From assembly GCA_964602505.1 (NCBI GenBank), contig CAZRRW010000002.1, positions 1 to 32,218 of the forward strand: 32,218 nt of DNA, written 5' to 3'. This document shows positions 10,282 to 20,312 of this stretch, piece by piece. Within the stretch, counting starts at the first letter, position 1, and each line of letters opens with the position of its first letter. The notes beneath the pieces were generated by a model that was not told the origin of the DNA, made no database searches, and saw only the letters and a list, made by a program, of their open reading frames with translations. The translations under genes were made by a program, and so were the position numbers. This stretch comes from an uncultured Burkholderiaceae bacterium (lineage in GTDB: Bacteria; Pseudomonadota; Gammaproteobacteria; Burkholderiales; Burkholderiaceae_C).

Positions 10282-11979
10282 ATGTCCCCGGATCGACCGT
10301 TTGCCTTCACCCGCCGACACGCCTTGCAGGCACTGGCCACGGGCTGGTCGGCCTTTGCGCTGGGCGCCGCCCCGGCGCAGACGCCAGTGGCCCGCCCACG
10401 CTGGGCGGCCAACCCCTTTGCCCTGGGCGTGGCCAGCGGCGTGCCGCGCGAGGCCTCGGTGGTGCTGTGGACTCGCCTGGCGCCAGTGCCCGTGCCCGCC
10501 AGTGCAGCCCAGTTTGCGCCCGACAACCCTGGCGGCCTGCCCGACGAGCTGGCCCGTCAGGCCATTGAGGTGCGCTGGGAGCTGGCCGACGACGAGGCCT
10601 TTGCCCGCATCGTGCAGCGCGGCACGGCTGCCGCAGTGCCCGCCCGGGCGCATGCGGTGCACGTGGAGGTGACGGGCCTGCAGCCTGACCGACGCTACTT
10701 CTACCGGTTTGTCAGCGGAGAGGCCACCTCGCCCACGGGCCGCACCCGCACCGCGCCTGCGGCGGGGGCCAGCCCGGCGCGGCTGCGCCTCGCGCTGGCC
10801 AGTTGCCAGCACTACGAACAGGGCTGGTATGCCGCGCACCGCGAGATCGCGGCCAGCGATTTCGACGTGGTGCTGTTTGTGGGCGACTACCTGTACGAAA
10901 GCAGCAACCCGCTGTTTCGCCAGCCGGGGCGCGAGCACGGCTCGCCGGTGCCGAAGGATTTGGGCGCCTGGCGCCGCCGCCATGCCCTGTACCGCAGCGA
11001 CACCGACCTGCAGGCGGCGCATGCGGCCCACCCCTGGCTGCTCACATGGGACGACCACGAGGTCGAGAACGACTACGCCAACGACCGCAGCCAGTTCTAC
11101 ACCCCGCCCGACCAGTTCCTGCTGCAGCGGGCGGCGGCCTACCAGGCCTACTTTGAACACATGCCTCTGTCGCCCGCCCGCCCGCCGGTGGGGCCGGCCC
11201 TGCGGGTGCACGACCAGTTTCGCTGGGGGCAGCTGGCCGACATCTGGCTGCTCGACAACCGGCAGTGGCGCAGCGTGCATGCCTGCCCCGACGACCGGCG
11301 CGGCGGCGGGCGCAGCATCACGGTGGACTGCCCGGCGCTGGCCGACCCAGCGCGGTCGATCTGGGGCGCCGAGCAGGAGGCCTGGCTCTACCAGGGCCTG
11401 CGCGAGGCCCACGCGCGCGACAGCCAGCGCAGCGCCGCCGCCTGGAAGCTGCTGGGCCAGGGCACCTTGCTGGCGCCCACGCGGCTGCCCAGTGCCCTGG
11501 GTGCGTTGGGCGGCAAGGACACGGTGTGGAACGAGGCCTGGGACGGCTACCCCATGGCCCGCGAGCGCCTGCTGAAGGCGGTGGCCGAGGGCGGCCCGAA
11601 TGGGCCGATGCGCAATGTGGTGGGCCTAGGAGGTGACGTGCACTTTGGCGCGGCGGCCAACCTGCGGACCAATCTGTGGGCCGAGGGGCGCGACGAGCGC
11701 AATGACCGAACCAACCCGCCGGTGATGACGGAGTTCGTCTGCAGCTCGGTCACGTCCGTTGGCATGCTGCAAAGCCGGATGGACACCATCCGCGCCAACA
11801 ACCCGGCGCTGGTGCATGCCCGCAGCGACGAGCGCGGCTATGTGGCGCTGGAGGTCACCCCGCGTGCGGTGACGGGCACCTTCCGCACCACGGCCTTTCC
11901 GGTGGCCAAGTACGCGCGGCTCGGCACGCAAGCCACCTTCGCGGTGGCCGCGGGCCGAGCCGTCGTCGAACCAGCCTGA
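10282..11979 (+). CDS. phoD: Alkaline phosphatase D family protein with Tat signal
   Basis: Twin-arginine motif FTRRHALQAL followed by a hydrophobic stretch and AQT. PhoD-type metallophosphatase motifs are present (LASCQHYEQGWY, FVGDYLYE, WDDHEVENDY). The start was trimmed to ATG 10282. Confidence 0.9.
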   Translation: MSPDRPFAFTRRHALQALATGWSAFALGAAPAQTPVARPRWAANPFALGVASGVPREASVVLWTRLAPVPVPASAAQFAPDNPGGLPDELARQAIEVRWELADDEAFARIVQRGTAAAVPARAHAVHVEVTGLQPDRRYFYRFVSGEATSPTGRTRTAPAAGASPARLRLALASCQHYEQGWYAAHREIAASDFDVVLFVGDYLYESSNPLFRQPGREHGSPVPKDLGAWRRRHALYRSDTDLQAAHAAHPWLLTWDDHEVENDYANDRSQFYTPPDQFLLQRAAAYQAYFEHMPLSPARPPVGPALRVHDQFRWGQLADIWLLDNRQWRSVHACPDDRRGGGRSITVDCPALADPARSIWGAEQEAWLYQGLREAHARDSQRSAAAWKLLGQGTLLAPTRLPSALGALGGKDTVWNEAWDGYPMARERLLKAVAEGGPNGPMRNVVGLGGDVHFGAAANLRTNLWAEGRDERNDRTNPPVMTEFVCSSVTSVGMLQSRMDTIRANNPALVHARSDERGYVALEVTPRAVTGTFRTTAFPVAKYARLGTQATFAVAAGRAVVEPA

Positions 11980-11983
11980 GGGC

Positions 11984-12478
11984 TTACTTCGGCAGCACCA
12001 CGGTGTCGATCAGGTGCACCACGCCATTGCTGGCGCGGATGTCGGTGGCAATCACGCGGGCGTTGTCCACGGTCACGCCACCCTGGGTGGCCACCGTCAG
12101 CTCGCTGCCTTGCACCGAACGCACCTTGCCGGCGCGCACGTCAGCGGCCATCACGCGGCCGGGCACCACGTGGTAGGTCAGCACACGGGTCAGGGCGGCA
12201 CGGTCGGCAATCAGCGCGTCCAGCTGGGCCTTGGGGATCTTGGCAAAGGCTTCGTCCGTGGGCGCGAACACGGTGAACGGGCCTGGGCCTTTCAGGGTGT
12301 CCACCAGGCCAGCGGCCTGCACCGCAGCCACCAGGGTCTTGAGGTTGGGCGCACCGGCGGCCACGGTGACGATGTCGTCGGCTGGGGCGCTGCCCATGGC
12401 CGACTGGGCCATGGCCGGCCCCCAGGCCAAGGCGGTGGTGGCGACAACCAGAGACGAAACAAATGCACGCTTTTTCAT
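11984..12478 (-). CDS. Fasciclin (FAS1) domain protein, secreted
   Basis: Signal peptide [27 protein letters not shown]1 motifs are present ([31 protein letters not shown]). GGAGA lies 6 nt upstream of ATG 12478. Confidence 0.9.
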   Translation of the reverse strand: MKKRAFVSSLVVATTALAWGPAMAQSAMGSAPADDIVTVAAGAPNLKTLVAAVQAAGLVDTLKGPGPFTVFAPTDEAFAKIPKAQLDALIADRAALTRVLTYHVVPGRVMAADVRAGKVRSVQGSELTVATQGGVTVDNARVIATDIRASNGVVHLIDTVVLPK

Positions 12479-12559
12479 GAGGAATCTCCGCAAAGATCAA
12501 GGAGGTCAGTCGATGGATGCGCGCGACGGATTGGCTGCGCACAGGGCATTGGAGCCAAG

Positions 12560-12577
12560 TTGAACTGATCAGTTCAA
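12560..12577. promoter_or_regulatory. 18-bp perfect palindrome, candidate TetR operator
   Basis: TTGAACTGATCAGTTCAA sits in the 150-bp divergent fasciclin/tetR intergenic region. The half-site ATCAGTT recurs 21 bp downstream at 12589-12595. Confidence 0.6.
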
Positions 12578-12644
12578 TAATTAAACGTATCAGTTGTAAC
12601 GATACCAGCTCGTCAAAACCACAACGCTTCGGTACACTCACCGC

Positions 12645-13274
12645 ATGAATGCTCGGGTGCCCTTCCGCGAACAAATGCTCAAGGCGCGGGAAGACGCCAT
12701 CGTCGCTGCGGTGAACCGCCTGTTGGCCGAGAAGGGCTATGACCTGATGACGGTGGACGAGGTGGCCGCCGACGTGGGCATTGCCAAGGCCAGCCTCTAC
12801 AAGCACTTCGACTCGAAAGAGGCGCTGGCCGCGGCGGCCATGGTGCGCCTGCTCGACCGTTCGCTTGGCTTCATGGCCAATGTGAGCGCCGACCTGGCGC
12901 CGATCGACAAGCTCAAGGCCATGGTGCGCTGGACGATGATGGTGCACCTGCAAGGGGAAATGCCCTCGCTGCCGTCGACCAACAGCACCCTGCGCGCCGC
13001 TCTGGTGAAGGACAAGGGCTATCTCGACCGGCTGATGCAGGTGAGCGAGGCGCTAGGCCAATGGATCGAGGCGGCCCGCGCCGACGGCAGCCTGCGTGCC
13101 GAGCTGCCGCCGGAGCTGGTGCTCTACACCCTGTTTGCCCGGGCCTGCGACCCGGTGCTGGATTTCATGAAGGCCAGCGGCACCCACAGCGACGACCAGA
13201 TCGCTGACTGGCTGCTTGCCGCCACCTTTGGCGGCCTTCAGGGCCTGCCAGGCCCTGGGGCGACATCCGCCTGA
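12645..13274 (+). CDS. TetR/AcrR family transcriptional regulator
   Basis: N-terminal HTH MTVDEVAADVGIAKASLYKHFDSKEAL. 209 aa. Confidence 0.92.
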   Translation: MNARVPFREQMLKAREDAIVAAVNRLLAEKGYDLMTVDEVAADVGIAKASLYKHFDSKEALAAAAMVRLLDRSLGFMANVSADLAPIDKLKAMVRWTMMVHLQGEMPSLPSTNSTLRAALVKDKGYLDRLMQVSEALGQWIEAARADGSLRAELPPELVLYTLFARACDPVLDFMKASGTHSDDQIADWLLAATFGGLQGLPGPGATSA

Positions 13275-13313
13275 GCGCCAGAACCCCCCAAACCGGGCGA
13301 AAGTCCAATGAAT

Positions 13314-13339
13314 ACGGGCTGCACCAGGCAGCCCGTTTT
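13314..13339 (+). terminator. Intrinsic terminator between convergent tetR and pckG
   Basis: ACGGGCTGC-accag-GCAGCCCGT is a 9-bp perfect stem followed by TTTT. On the minus strand the tail is weaker (ATTCATT). Confidence 0.75.
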
Positions 13340-13397
13340 GATGTTGTCAGGCGTTAATGGCTCGCCTGAGTGCCCCGAAATCAACCCGAGTTGAAAA

Positions 13398-15272
13398 TCA
13401 GGCGGCCAGCCGCTGCTCGATTTGCGCCTTGGTGTCGCGCAGGGCCTGCGGCAGGTGGTGCGCCAGGGTGGTGAACAGCTCGTCCAGGAGCTTCATCTCC
13501 TGCTGCCAGGCGGCCTTGTCGATGCTGGTGACCTTGTCGAACTGTTCTGCGCTGAAGTCCAGGCCGTTCCAGCTGATGTCGGCGTAGCGCGGGCTCACGC
13601 CGAACACGTGCTCCACGCCCTGGGCCTTGCCCTCGATGCGCTCGAGCATCCACTTCAGCACCCGCATGTTCTCGCCGTAGCCGGGCCAGACAAACTTGCC
13701 GTCGTCGCCCTTGCGGAACCAGTTGGTGGTGTAGATGCGCGGCAGCTTGGCACCGCTGGCGGCCAGCTTCTCGCCCAGGTTGAGCCAGTGCTGGAAGTAG
13801 TCGCTCATGTTGTAGCCCGCAAAGGGCAGCATGGCGAAGGGGTCGCGGCGCACCACGCCAGTGGCACCTGCCTGCGCTGCGGTGGTTTCGCTGCCCATGG
13901 TGGCGGCCATGTACACGCCCTCCACCCAGTTGCGGGCCTCGGTGACCAGCGGCACGGTGGTGCTGCGGCGCCCGCCGAAGATGAAGGCGTCAATGGGCAC
14001 ACCGGCCGGGTTGTCCCAGTTCTCGTCCAGCGCGGGGTTGTTGGTGGCGGCCACGGTGAAGCGCGCGTTGGGGTGCGCGGCCTTGGCGCCGGTTTCCTTG
14101 GCGATGGCGGGCGTCCAGGGCTTGCCTTGCCAGTCGGTCAGCTGTGCCGGCGGCTCGTCGGTCATGCCTTCCCACCACACATCGCCGTCGGGCGTGAGCG
14201 CCACGTTGGTGAAGATGACATCGCGCTTGAGCGAGGCCATGCAGTTGGGGTTGGTTTTGTCGTTGGTGCCGGGGGCCACGCCAAAGTAGCCCGCTTCGGG
14301 GTTGATGGCGTACAGGCGGCCGTCGGCGCCGGGCTTGACCCAGGCGATGTCGTCGCCGATGGTGGTGACCTTCCAGTTGCCCACGCCCGCCGGGGGAATG
14401 AGCATGGCGAAGTTGGTCTTGCCACAGGCGCTGGGGAAGGCGGCGGCCACGTGGTGCTTCCGGCCTTCGGGCGAGGTGACGCCCAGGATCAGCATGTGCT
14501 CGGCCAGCCAGCCCTTGCCGTCCTTGGCCACGTCTTGCCGTCCCATGGTGGAGGCAATGCGCAGCGCAAAGCACTTCTTGCCCAGCAGGGCATTGCCACC
14601 GTAGCCCGAGCCGTAGCTCCAGATCTCGCGGGTTTCGGGGTAGTGGACGATGTACTTGGTCTTGTTGCAGGGCCAGGCCACGTCCTTCTGGCCTTGGGCC
14701 AGCGGCGCGCCCACCGTGTGCACGCAGGGCACAAACTCGCCGTCGGCGCCCAGCACGTCGAACACCTGGCGGCCCATGCGGGTCATGAGCTTCATGTTCA
14801 CGGCCACATAGGGGCTGTCGCTCAGTTCCACGCCGATGTGGGCAATCGGGCTGCCCAGCGGGCCCATGCTGAAGGGCACCACGTACATCACCCGCCCGCG
14901 CATGCAGCCGTCAAACAGCGGCGCCAGGGTGGTGCGCATCTCGCCAGGGGCCATCCAGTTGTTGGTGGGGCCCGCGTCTTCCTTCTTGTCGCTGCAGTTG
15001 AAGGTGCGGTCTTCCACCCGGGCCACATCGCTCGGGTCGCTCCAGGCCAGGTAGCTGTTGGGGCGCTTGGCGTCGTTGAGCTTGCGGAAGGTGCCCGCAG
15101 CCACCAGCTGGCCGCACAGGCGGTCGTATTCCTCGTTCGAGCCATCGCACCAGTAAATGGCGTCGGGCTTGCACAGCGTGGCCATGTCGGCCACCCAGGC
15201 CTTCAGGCGGGCATGCTGCACATAGCTGGGGGCGTTCAAGGCGGCCATGCCCTGCATCATGGGTGCGTTCAT
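13398..15272 (-). CDS. pckG: Phosphoenolpyruvate carboxykinase (GTP)
   Basis: About 624 aa with a GTP-PEPCK kinase-1a/P-loop region ([13 protein letters not shown]) and high overall family likeness. The start was trimmed to ATG 15272 (GGAGA upstream); the 101-codon extension in the track is implausible. Confidence 0.95.
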   Translation of the reverse strand: MNAPMMQGMAALNAPSYVQHARLKAWVADMATLCKPDAIYWCDGSNEEYDRLCGQLVAAGTFRKLNDAKRPNSYLAWSDPSDVARVEDRTFNCSDKKEDAGPTNNWMAPGEMRTTLAPLFDGCMRGRVMYVVPFSMGPLGSPIAHIGVELSDSPYVAVNMKLMTRMGRQVFDVLGADGEFVPCVHTVGAPLAQGQKDVAWPCNKTKYIVHYPETREIWSYGSGYGGNALLGKKCFALRIASTMGRQDVAKDGKGWLAEHMLILGVTSPEGRKHHVAAAFPSACGKTNFAMLIPPAGVGNWKVTTIGDDIAWVKPGADGRLYAINPEAGYFGVAPGTNDKTNPNCMASLKRDVIFTNVALTPDGDVWWEGMTDEPPAQLTDWQGKPWTPAIAKETGAKAAHPNARFTVAATNNPALDENWDNPAGVPIDAFIFGGRRSTTVPLVTEARNWVEGVYMAATMGSETTAAQAGATGVVRRDPFAMLPFAGYNMSDYFQHWLNLGEKLAASGAKLPRIYTTNWFRKGDDGKFVWPGYGENMRVLKWMLERIEGKAQGVEHVFGVSPRYADISWNGLDFSAEQFDKVTSIDKAAWQQEMKLLDELFTTLAHHLPQALRDTKAQIEQRLAA

Positions 15273-15640
15273 CGGGTCTCCGGGGGCACTTGTGTGAATG
15301 AAAAGCGGTATGCAGAACGGGCCTGGCCAACTCGAATCCGGCCCGTCTAAAAAAGGTCCTGCAGTGTATTGAAACCCGTTGGTAACCGGGTTCCAAACCC
15401 ATGCAGCTTTTGCATGAAGTGATGCGCAACAGTTTTGACAAAAGCGATAGACCCAAGCGCATGTGTGCACACACTCACCACCAAGGCCCCTGTCCGCAAC
15501 ATGACAGGCTTGTGACGGTTGCAGACGGGTTTTCCCGCATGCCATGTAACCGCTGCGGTCGCAAGAATGGGTCAAGCCTTGCCATACGCCGTACCTGCGC
15601 CATCTTGCGCAGCATCACAAACCCGGGGCTGGAGGAAGAC

Positions 15641-16120
15641 ATGTCTGCGACTCTCAAACTCACCATCAATGGGCGGGCGGTGGCGCGTGCCATTGAGCCG
15701 AACACCCTGTTGGTGGACTTCATCCGCGAAGACCAGGGCCTCACTGGCACCCATGTGGGCTGCAACACTGGCCAGTGTGGCGCCTGCACCGTGCACGTGG
15801 ACGGCCAGGCCGTGAAGGCCTGCAACGTGCTGGCCCTCCAAGTGGCGGGCAAGGCGGTCACCACCATCGAAGGCATCACGCCTGACGACGGCAGCCTGCA
15901 CCCGATGCAGCAGGCCTTCAAGGAGTGCCATGGCCTGCAATGCGGCTTCTGCACCCCGGGCATGGTGATGAGCGCCATCGACCTCTGCCAGCGCCACCCC
16001 AACGCCAGCGAGGCGCAGATCCGCGAGCAGCTGGAAGGCAACCTGTGCCGCTGCACCGGCTATCAGAACATCGTCAAGGCCGTGCAGCAGGGCGCACAGG
16101 CCATGACGGCCACGGCTTGA
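15641..16120 (+). CDS. coxS: [2Fe-2S]-binding small subunit of a CODH/xanthine-dehydrogenase-family molybdoenzyme
   Basis: 159 aa. Cys clusters [18 protein letters not shown] and CRCTGY. GGAGGA RBS upstream. The start was trimmed to ATG 15641. Confidence 0.93.
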   Translation: MSATLKLTINGRAVARAIEPNTLLVDFIREDQGLTGTHVGCNTGQCGACTVHVDGQAVKACNVLALQVAGKAVTTIEGITPDDGSLHPMQQAFKECHGLQCGFCTPGMVMSAIDLCQRHPNASEAQIREQLEGNLCRCTGYQNIVKAVQQGAQAMTATA

Positions 16121-16132
16121 GGAGCAAACACC

Positions 16133-18514
16133 ATGGGAGCTTCTGAACTTGCCATTCAAAACGGCATCGGGGCCAGCGCACTGCGCAAGGAAGACCGGCG
16201 CTTCCTGACCGGCCAGGGCCAGTACACCGACGACATCACCCTGCCGCGCCAGACCTACGCGGTGTTCGTGCGCTCGCCGCACGCGCATGCCACGCTCAAG
16301 GGCATCCACACCAAGGCTGCCGCCGCCATGCCTGGCGTGGTGGCCATCTACACCGGCGCCGACGTGGCCGCCGACAAGATCAACGGCCTGCCCTGCGGCT
16401 GGCTCATCACCGACGTGAATGGCCAGCCCATGAAGGAGCCGCCGCACCCCATCCTGGCCCAGGGCAAGGTGCGCTATGTAGGCGACCACGTGGCCATGGT
16501 CATTGCCGAAACCCTGCAGGAGGCCAAGAACGCGGCCGAGGCGGTGGAGGTGGACTATGACGTGCATGCCGCCGTGGTGGACGTGCGCGACGCAGCCAAG
16601 GGTGGCGGCCCCGCCATTCACGACATCGCCCCGGACAACAAGTGCTACACGTGGGCTCTGGGTGACGCCGCAGCGGTGGACGCGGCCTTTGCCAAGGCGG
16701 CGCATGTCACGAAGATCGACCTCATCAACAACCGGCTGGCGCCCAACGCCATGGAGCCGCGCGCGGCCAATGCGCAGTACGACCGCAGCGCCGACAGCTA
16801 CACGCTGTACGTCAGCAACCAGAACCCGCACGTCGAGCGGCTGCTGATGACGGCCTTTGTGATGGGCCTGCCCGAGCACAAGGTGCGGGTGGTGGCGCCC
16901 GACGTGGGTGGCGGCTTCGGCAGCAAGATCTACCTCTACGCCGAAGACGTGGCCCTCACCTGGGCCGCCAGGAAGACCGGCCGCGCCGTCAAGTGGACGG
17001 CCGACCGGACCGAGGCCTTCCTCAGTGACGCGCACGGCCGCGACCACGCCACCCATGCCGAGCTGGCGCTCGACAAGGACGGCAAGTTCCTCGCGTTCAA
17101 GGTGCACACCCAGGCGGCCATGGGTGCCTACCTGTCCACCTTTGCCTCGGCCATTCCCACCATCCTCTACGCCACGCTGCTGGCCGGGCAATACACCACC
17201 CCGGCCATCCATGTGACGGTGGACGCCTACTTCACCAACACTGCCCCGGTAGACGCCTACCGCGGCGCCGGCCGGCCCGAGGCCACCTACCTGCTCGAGC
17301 GCATCGTCACCCAGGCCGCGTGGGAAACCGGGCTGACGCAAGATGAAATCCGCCGCCGCAACTTCATCACCAGCTTCCCGTACCAGACGCCGGTGGCCTT
17401 GCAGTACGACATTGGCGACTACCACGCCTGCATGAAGCGCGCGCTCGAGCTGGCCGACGTGGCCGGCTTTGAGGCCCGCCGCAAGGCCAGCGAGGCCAAG
17501 GGCCTGCGCCGTGGCATTGGCTTCAGCTCCTACATCGAGGCCTGCGGCCTGGCCCCCAGCAACGTCGCGGGTGCGCTGGGCGCACGCGCCGGCCTGTTCG
17601 AGGTAGGGCAGATCCGCGTGCACCCCACCGGCAGCGTGACGGTGTTCACCGGCTCCCATAGCCACGGGCAGGGGCACGAAACCACCTTTGCCCAGGTGGT
17701 GGCCAGCAAGCTGGGCATCCCCTTCGAGAACGTCGACGTGGTGCATGGCGACACTGGCAAGGTGCCGTTTGGCATGGGCACCTATGGCTCGCGCAGCATC
17801 AGCGTGGGCGGTGCGGCCATCGCCAAGGCCATGGACAAGATCATCGCCAAAGGCAAGAAGATTGCCGCGCACCTGCTGGAGGCCAGCGACGCCGACATCG
17901 TGTTTGAAGGCGGCGAGTTCAAGGTGGCCGGCACCGACCGGAAGAAGGCCTGGGTGGAAGTGACCCTGGCCGCCTATGTGCCGCACAACTACCCGCTCGA
18001 CAAGCTGGAGCCCGGGCTGGACGAAACCGCCTTCTACGACCCCACCAACTTCACCTACCCCGCAGGCACCCACATCTGCGAGGCGGAGGTGGACCCGGAA
18101 ACCGGCGTGGTGCGCATCGACCGCTTCACCGCGGTGGACGACTTCGGCACCATCATCAACCCCATGATCGTGGAGGGGCAGGTGCACGGCGGCCTGGTGC
18201 AGGGCCTGGGCCAGGCCCTGCTCGAGAACTGCGTGTACGACCGTGAGTCGGGCCAGTTGCTGACCGGCAGCTTCATGGACTACACCATGCCGCGTGCCGA
18301 CGACATGCCCAGCTTCAAGGTGGACACCGTGGTCACGCCCTGCACCCACAACCCACTGGGCACCAAGGGCTGCGGCGAGGCCGGCGCCATCGGCTCGCCC
18401 CCGGCGCTGATGAACGCCGTGATCGACGCCCTGCGCCCACTGGGCGTGAAGACCCTGGACATGCCGGCCACGCCCCTGCGGGTGTGGGAAGCCATCCAGG
18501 CGGCCAAGGCCTGA
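16133..18514 (+). CDS. coxL: Molybdopterin-binding large subunit, form-II CoxL-like (substrate unproven)
   Basis: 793 aa. The active-site loop AYRGAGR (nt 17255-17275) is the form-II signature rather than the form-I VAYRCSFR. The S-L-M gene order is also form-II type. Confidence 0.9.
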   Translation: MGASELAIQNGIGASALRKEDRRFLTGQGQYTDDITLPRQTYAVFVRSPHAHATLKGIHTKAAAAMPGVVAIYTGADVAADKINGLPCGWLITDVNGQPMKEPPHPILAQGKVRYVGDHVAMVIAETLQEAKNAAEAVEVDYDVHAAVVDVRDAAKGGGPAIHDIAPDNKCYTWALGDAAAVDAAFAKAAHVTKIDLINNRLAPNAMEPRAANAQYDRSADSYTLYVSNQNPHVERLLMTAFVMGLPEHKVRVVAPDVGGGFGSKIYLYAEDVALTWAARKTGRAVKWTADRTEAFLSDAHGRDHATHAELALDKDGKFLAFKVHTQAAMGAYLSTFASAIPTILYATLLAGQYTTPAIHVTVDAYFTNTAPVDAYRGAGRPEATYLLERIVTQAAWETGLTQDEIRRRNFITSFPYQTPVALQYDIGDYHACMKRALELADVAGFEARRKASEAKGLRRGIGFSSYIEACGLAPSNVAGALGARAGLFEVGQIRVHPTGSVTVFTGSHSHGQGHETTFAQVVASKLGIPFENVDVVHGDTGKVPFGMGTYGSRSISVGGAAIAKAMDKIIAKGKKIAAHLLEASDADIVFEGGEFKVAGTDRKKAWVEVTLAAYVPHNYPLDKLEPGLDETAFYDPTNFTYPAGTHICEAEVDPETGVVRIDRFTAVDDFGTIINPMIVEGQVHGGLVQGLGQALLENCVYDRESGQLLTGSFMDYTMPRADDMPSFKVDTVVTPCTHNPLGTKGCGEAGAIGSPPALMNAVIDALRPLGVKTLDMPATPLRVWEAIQAAKA

Positions 18515-18536
18515 GCCCGCAAGCGGAGGAGACGCA

Positions 18537-19325
18537 ATGTACGCCATCGACTATTCCGTGGCCACCTCGGCCGCCGACGCTGCCGCCAAGGTGGGCGCCG
18601 GCAAGTACCTCGCCGGGGGCCAAAGCCTCGTGGGAGCCATGAAGCTGCGCCTGGCCCAGCCCGGCCACCTGGTGGACCTGGGCCACGTGGCCGAACTCAG
18701 CGGCATCTGCATGGACGGCGCCGAGCTGGTGATTGGCGCCATGACGCGCCACGCCACCGTGGCCGCCAGCAAGGACGTGCAGGCCTTCTGCCCGGCACTC
18801 GCTGAACTCGCTGGCAAGATTGGCGACCGTGCCGTGCGCAACATGGGCACCATCGGCGGCTCGCTGGCCAACAACGACCCGGCGGCCTGCTACCCCAGCG
18901 CGGTGCTGGGCCTGGGCGCCACGGTCGTCACCAACAAGCGCCGCATCGCGGCCGACGACTTCTTCAAGGGCCTGTACGCCACCGCCCTGGCCGACGGCGA
19001 GCTCATCACCTCGGTGCGCTTCCCCAAGCCGCAGAAAGCGGCCTATGTGAAGTTCGTCAACCCCGCCTCGCGCTTTGCCATGGTGGGCATCTTCCTCGCG
19101 CAAACCGCCAGCGGCGTGCGCGTGGCCGTCACGGGTGCGGGCCAGGACGGTGTGTTCCGCGTCAGTGCGCTGGAGAAGGCGCTGGGCGCCAGCTTCACCC
19201 CGGCGGCGGCCAAGGCCGTGGCCATCAACGCCACCGGCTTGTCCACCGACCTGCACGCCACCGCGGCCTACCGCGCGGCGCTCATTCCGGTGTTGACAGC
19301 CAAAGCCGTCGCCGCGGCGAAATAG
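18537..19325 (+). CDS. coxM: FAD-binding medium subunit (CoxM-like)
   Basis: 262 aa. AGGQSL FAD motif and a GGSLANNDP motif. GGAGGAG RBS upstream. Confidence 0.92.
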   Translation: MYAIDYSVATSAADAAAKVGAGKYLAGGQSLVGAMKLRLAQPGHLVDLGHVAELSGICMDGAELVIGAMTRHATVAASKDVQAFCPALAELAGKIGDRAVRNMGTIGGSLANNDPAACYPSAVLGLGATVVTNKRRIAADDFFKGLYATALADGELITSVRFPKPQKAAYVKFVNPASRFAMVGIFLAQTASGVRVAVTGAGQDGVFRVSALEKALGASFTPAAAKAVAINATGLSTDLHATAAYRAALIPVLTAKAVAAAK

Positions 19326-19346
19326 CCACCCACCAGCCGAAGCAGC

Positions 19347-19372
19347 AGGGCCAGCGCAAGCTGGCCCTTTTT
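19347..19372 (+). terminator. Intrinsic terminator/attenuator between coxM and the accessory genes
   Basis: AGGGCCAGC-GCAA-GCTGGCCCT is a 9-bp perfect stem with a GNRA tetraloop, followed by TTTTT. It lies in the 61-nt coxM-coxD gap. Confidence 0.75.
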
Positions 19373-19386
19373 GCTTGAATCCAGCC

Positions 19387-20298
19387 ATGCCGCTCACCAC
19401 ATTGCTTCCCACCTCTGTTGCTGCCCTGTCGGCCCTGCTGGCCCAGCACCACTACCTGGCCGACACCCCGCTGGCCACCACCGCTTACTTGGCGCTGAAG
19501 CTGCAGCGCCCGCTGCTGCTGGAGGGCGAGGCGGGCACTGGCAAGACGCAGATTGCCAAGACCCTGGCCGAAGCCCTGGGGCGTCCCCTTGTGCGCCTGC
19601 AGTGCTACGAGGGGCTGGACGTGAGCCAGGCGGTGTACGAGTGGAACTACCCGCGCCAGCTCATTGAGATTCGCCTGGCCGAGGCCTCGGGCAAGGCCAA
19701 CCGCGACGACCTGGCCCACGACATCTATTCCCCCAAGTTCCTCATCAAGCGCCCCATCCTGCAGGCCCTGCAGCCGATGGACGGGCCCACCGGTGAGGTG
19801 GTGTCCCCGGTGCTGCTGATCGACGAGCTGGACCGCGCCGATGAACCGTTTGAGGCCTACCTGCTGGAGGTGCTGGCCGAGTTTCAGGTGAGCGTGCCCG
19901 AGCTGGGCACCCTGCGCGCGGCCGAGCCGCCCATCGTCGTCATCACCAGCAACCGCACCCGCGAGATTCACGACGCGCTGCGCCGCCGCTGCCTGTTCCA
20001 TTGGGTGGGCTACCCCGACGCCGCGCGCGAGCTGGCCATCATCCGGCAGCGGGTGCCAAACGCGCCCGACGCGCTGGCCCAGCAGGTGGTGGCCTTCGCG
20101 CAGAAGATCCGCGGGCTGGACCTGTACAAGAACCCCGGCATCGCCGAAACCATCGACTGGTGCGAGGCCCTGATGGCGCTGGACGCCACCGAGCTTGACC
20201 CCGAGACCATCTCCGACACCCTGGGCGTGCTGCTCAAGTACCAGGACGATGTGAGTGCGCTGAACCAAAGCCGGATTGCAGATTTGCTGAAGGCCTGA
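19387..20298 (+). CDS. coxD: MoxR-like AAA+ ATPase (CoxD-like)
   Basis: Walker A GEAGTGKT, Walker B LLIDELDRA. The start was placed at the first ATG (19387); the track starts at a TTG at 19375. Confidence 0.9.
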   Translation: MPLTTLLPTSVAALSALLAQHHYLADTPLATTAYLALKLQRPLLLEGEAGTGKTQIAKTLAEALGRPLVRLQCYEGLDVSQAVYEWNYPRQLIEIRLAEASGKANRDDLAHDIYSPKFLIKRPILQALQPMDGPTGEVVSPVLLIDELDRADEPFEAYLLEVLAEFQVSVPELGTLRAAEPPIVVITSNRTREIHDALRRRCLFHWVGYPDAARELAIIRQRVPNAPDALAQQVVAFAQKIRGLDLYKNPGIAETIDWCEALMALDATELDPETISDTLGVLLKYQDDVSALNQSRIADLLKA

Positions 20299-20312
20299 GC
20301 CCGCACTGAGTC

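Noticed and set aside
13422-15350. 642-aa ORF on the plus strand.
   Set aside because: It is antisense to the unmistakable GTP-PEPCK gene.
13398-15575. Long 5' extensions of real genes in the ORF track: pckG 725 aa, cytochrome c5 293 aa, coxS 239 aa, phoD 613 aa and the DppC-like gene 355 aa.
   Set aside because: Internal ATGs with Shine-Dalgarno sequences give N-termini that match the families. The extensions are Cys/Trp/Arg-rich or run through other features.
15572-18547. 991-aa ORF on the minus strand.
   Set aside because: It is antisense to the strongly supported coxS/coxL genes. Its Gly/Ala/His/Arg/Val-rich composition is typical of GC-driven open frames, and it has no recognisable motifs.
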